A stretch of 64,000 nt of DNA. Source: Patescibacteria group bacterium. GTDB taxonomy: Bacteria; Patescibacteriota; Patescibacteriia; UBA11705; DATKZF01. Of this stretch, positions 62,894 through 64,000 are shown in pieces. The notes beneath the pieces were generated by a model. That model was not told the DNA's origin and did no database searches. It worked only from the letters and a program-made list of their open reading frames with translations. Position numbers and translations under genes: made by a program. Each line of letters opens with the position of its first letter. Within the stretch, counting starts at the first letter, position 1. The stretch lies in the NCBI GenBank assembly GCA_049319825.1, contig JBMORT010000006.1, positions 166,340-230,339 on the forward strand, read 5' to 3'.

Positions 62894-64000
62894 ATGAATA
62901 TCTCAATCAATTGGCTGAAAAAATACGTTAATCTCGACGACCTCAGCCCCAAAGAGATCGCCAATAAATTGACGATGTCGACGGTGGAAGTGGAAAGCGT
63001 CGAGCCGGTGGCCAAGATGCTCGAAAACGTTTTCGTCGGCAGAATCGAACAAGTGATGGCTCATCCGAATGCCAACAAACTCCGTCTGGCCGATGTCAAT
63101 TTGGGAAATGAAACGGTCAGAGTCGTTTGTGGCGGCACGAATTTGGAATCGGGCATGCTGGTCGCGTTGGCCAAGCCGGGAGCCAAAATACTGTGGCACG
63201 GCGAAGGCGAACCGGTCAGGCTTGAACCGACGGATATCAGAGGAGAAAAGAGTTTCGGCATGATTTGCGCTGCCGACGAGATCGGGTTGGCCGGAATTTA
63301 CAGCCATCCGTTTGGCCAGATTTTGGATTTGAGCGAAGAAAAATTGACGGTCGGCGATCCGCTGGCCAAAGCTTTGGAATTGGACGATTACGTGGTTGAA
63401 ATAGACAATAAATCGTTGACCAATCGTCCGGATTTATGGAGCCATTTCGGCATCGCCCGCGAATTGGCCGCAATTTTCGGCCGTCAGCTCAAAGAAATTT
63501 CATTTCAAAAAATTAAAGACGGCAAAGGCGTTGATTTGAAAATAAGGGTTGAAAATCCTGAATTATGCCCGGCTTACCACGCCGTGGCGATTGCCAATAT
63601 CAAAGTCGGCCCTTCTCCCAAATGGTTAAAGCAAGCATTGCAGTCGATCGGTCAGAAATCGATCAATAATATAGTCGACGTCACCAATTACGTCATGTTT
63701 GAAATCGGCCAGCCGATTCACGCCTTTGACGCGGCGAAATTGAAAACCCCCGAAGTGATAATCAGACTGGCTCAGAATGGCGAAAAGATAACGACGATCG
63801 ACGAGCAGACCAGGAAACTGTCTGAGCAAATGCTGGTCATTGCCGACCAGGAAAGCCCCATCGCTTTGGCCGGCATTATGGGTGGACGCGATTCGGAAAT
63901 TTCCGACGCCACTTCGACGATTATCATTGAGTCCGCCACGTTCGAGCCGACGACCATCAGAAAGACATCGCTGCGCCAAGGCCTCCGAACCGAGGCATCG
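62894..64000 (+). CDS. pheT: phenylalanine--tRNA ligase beta subunit, N-terminal part (3' end outside the window)
   Basis: ATG at 62894. Translation MNISINWLKKYVNLDDLSPKEIANKLTMSTVEVESVE... gives an N-terminal tRNA-binding (EMAP-like) domain followed by the B3/B4 region. No stop occurs before the window end, so the ORF is absent from the ORF track. Confidence 0.9.
   Translation, partial: MNISINWLKKYVNLDDLSPKEIANKLTMSTVEVESVEPVAKMLENVFVGRIEQVMAHPNANKLRLADVNLGNETVRVVCGGTNLESGMLVALAKPGAKILWHGEGEPVRLEPTDIRGEKSFGMICAADEIGLAGIYSHPFGQILDLSEEKLTVGDPLAKALELDDYVVEIDNKSLTNRPDLWSHFGIARELAAIFGRQLKEISFQKIKDGKGVDLKIRVENPELCPAYHAVAIANIKVGPSPKWLKQALQSIGQKSINNIVDVTNYVMFEIGQPIHAFDAAKLKTPEVIIRLAQNGEKITTIDEQTRKLSEQMLVIADQESPIALAGIMGGRDSEISDATSTIIIESATFEPTTIRKTSLRQGLRTEAS

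Noticed and set aside
1-64000. CRISPR arrays, rRNA genes, IS elements or transposases, integrases.
   Set aside because: I found no regularly spaced repeats of 25-40 bp with unique spacers, no rRNA-like conserved blocks, and no DDE, tyrosine or serine recombinase motifs in any ORF.

Overview
This is a low-GC, compactly coded bacterial chromosomal segment. I assign it to Patescibacteria/CPR only by inference: the envelope genes look monoderm-type, EF-Ts is the short form, there are two giant surface proteins, and intergenic spacers are AT-rich word-repeats.

Housekeeping genes and their order:
- pyrG 3' end, then ddl, thiI and a GT2 glycosyltransferase.
- A minus-strand YknXYZ/MacAB-like efflux operon: HlyD-type adaptor, ABC ATPase and two paralogous MacB/FtsX permeases.
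- tpiA, pgi, an M16 peptidase, nagZ, rpsB-tsf, a PSP1/RicT-like protein, and pheS followed by a hypothetical gene and the pheT 5' end.
- Three tRNAs that I folded by hand: Gln-TTG (minus), Thr-GGT and Tyr-GTA.

Accessory and unusual content:
1. An AT-rich defence island at about 13.4-18.0 kb beside tRNA-Gln. It carries a HEPN (TIGR02391-like) protein, an EcoRI-family adenine methyltransferase overlapping a DUF262(DGQQR)+HNH nuclease, a 70-aa mini-HNH, an HTH+Panacea/SocA antitoxin-like gene and a RelE/ParE-like gene.
2. A minus-strand operon of response regulator, polyprenyl diphosphate synthase, histidine kinase, and a 646-aa fusion protein. The fusion has an SHC-like DxDDT/QW alpha-toroid N-domain and a DDxxD isoprenoid-synthase-like C-domain.
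3. Two giant secreted proteins. The 1820-aa one has about 700 aa of tandem Cys-rich modules and a C-terminal Gly/Cys - hydrophobic helix - RRRK sorting-signal-like tail. The 2810-aa one has TSP3-like Ca-binding repeats, about 8 DUF11 repeats, a poly-Gly linker, 3 DUF4114-like repeats, a beta/gamma-crystallin-like domain and a PG-binding domain.
4. A BNR/Asp-box protein split by a single in-frame TAA.
5. A bacterial mTERF-repeat protein.
6. A duplicated ~190-bp terminator-associated palindromic element flanking a two-gene membrane cassette.
7. Arrays of the word TACAAGAT/ATCTTGTA in three spacers.
8. Many other locus-specific short word-repeat spacers.

No CRISPR array, rRNA, transposase or integrase is visible. 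All functional calls come from motif recognition by eye, not from database searches.
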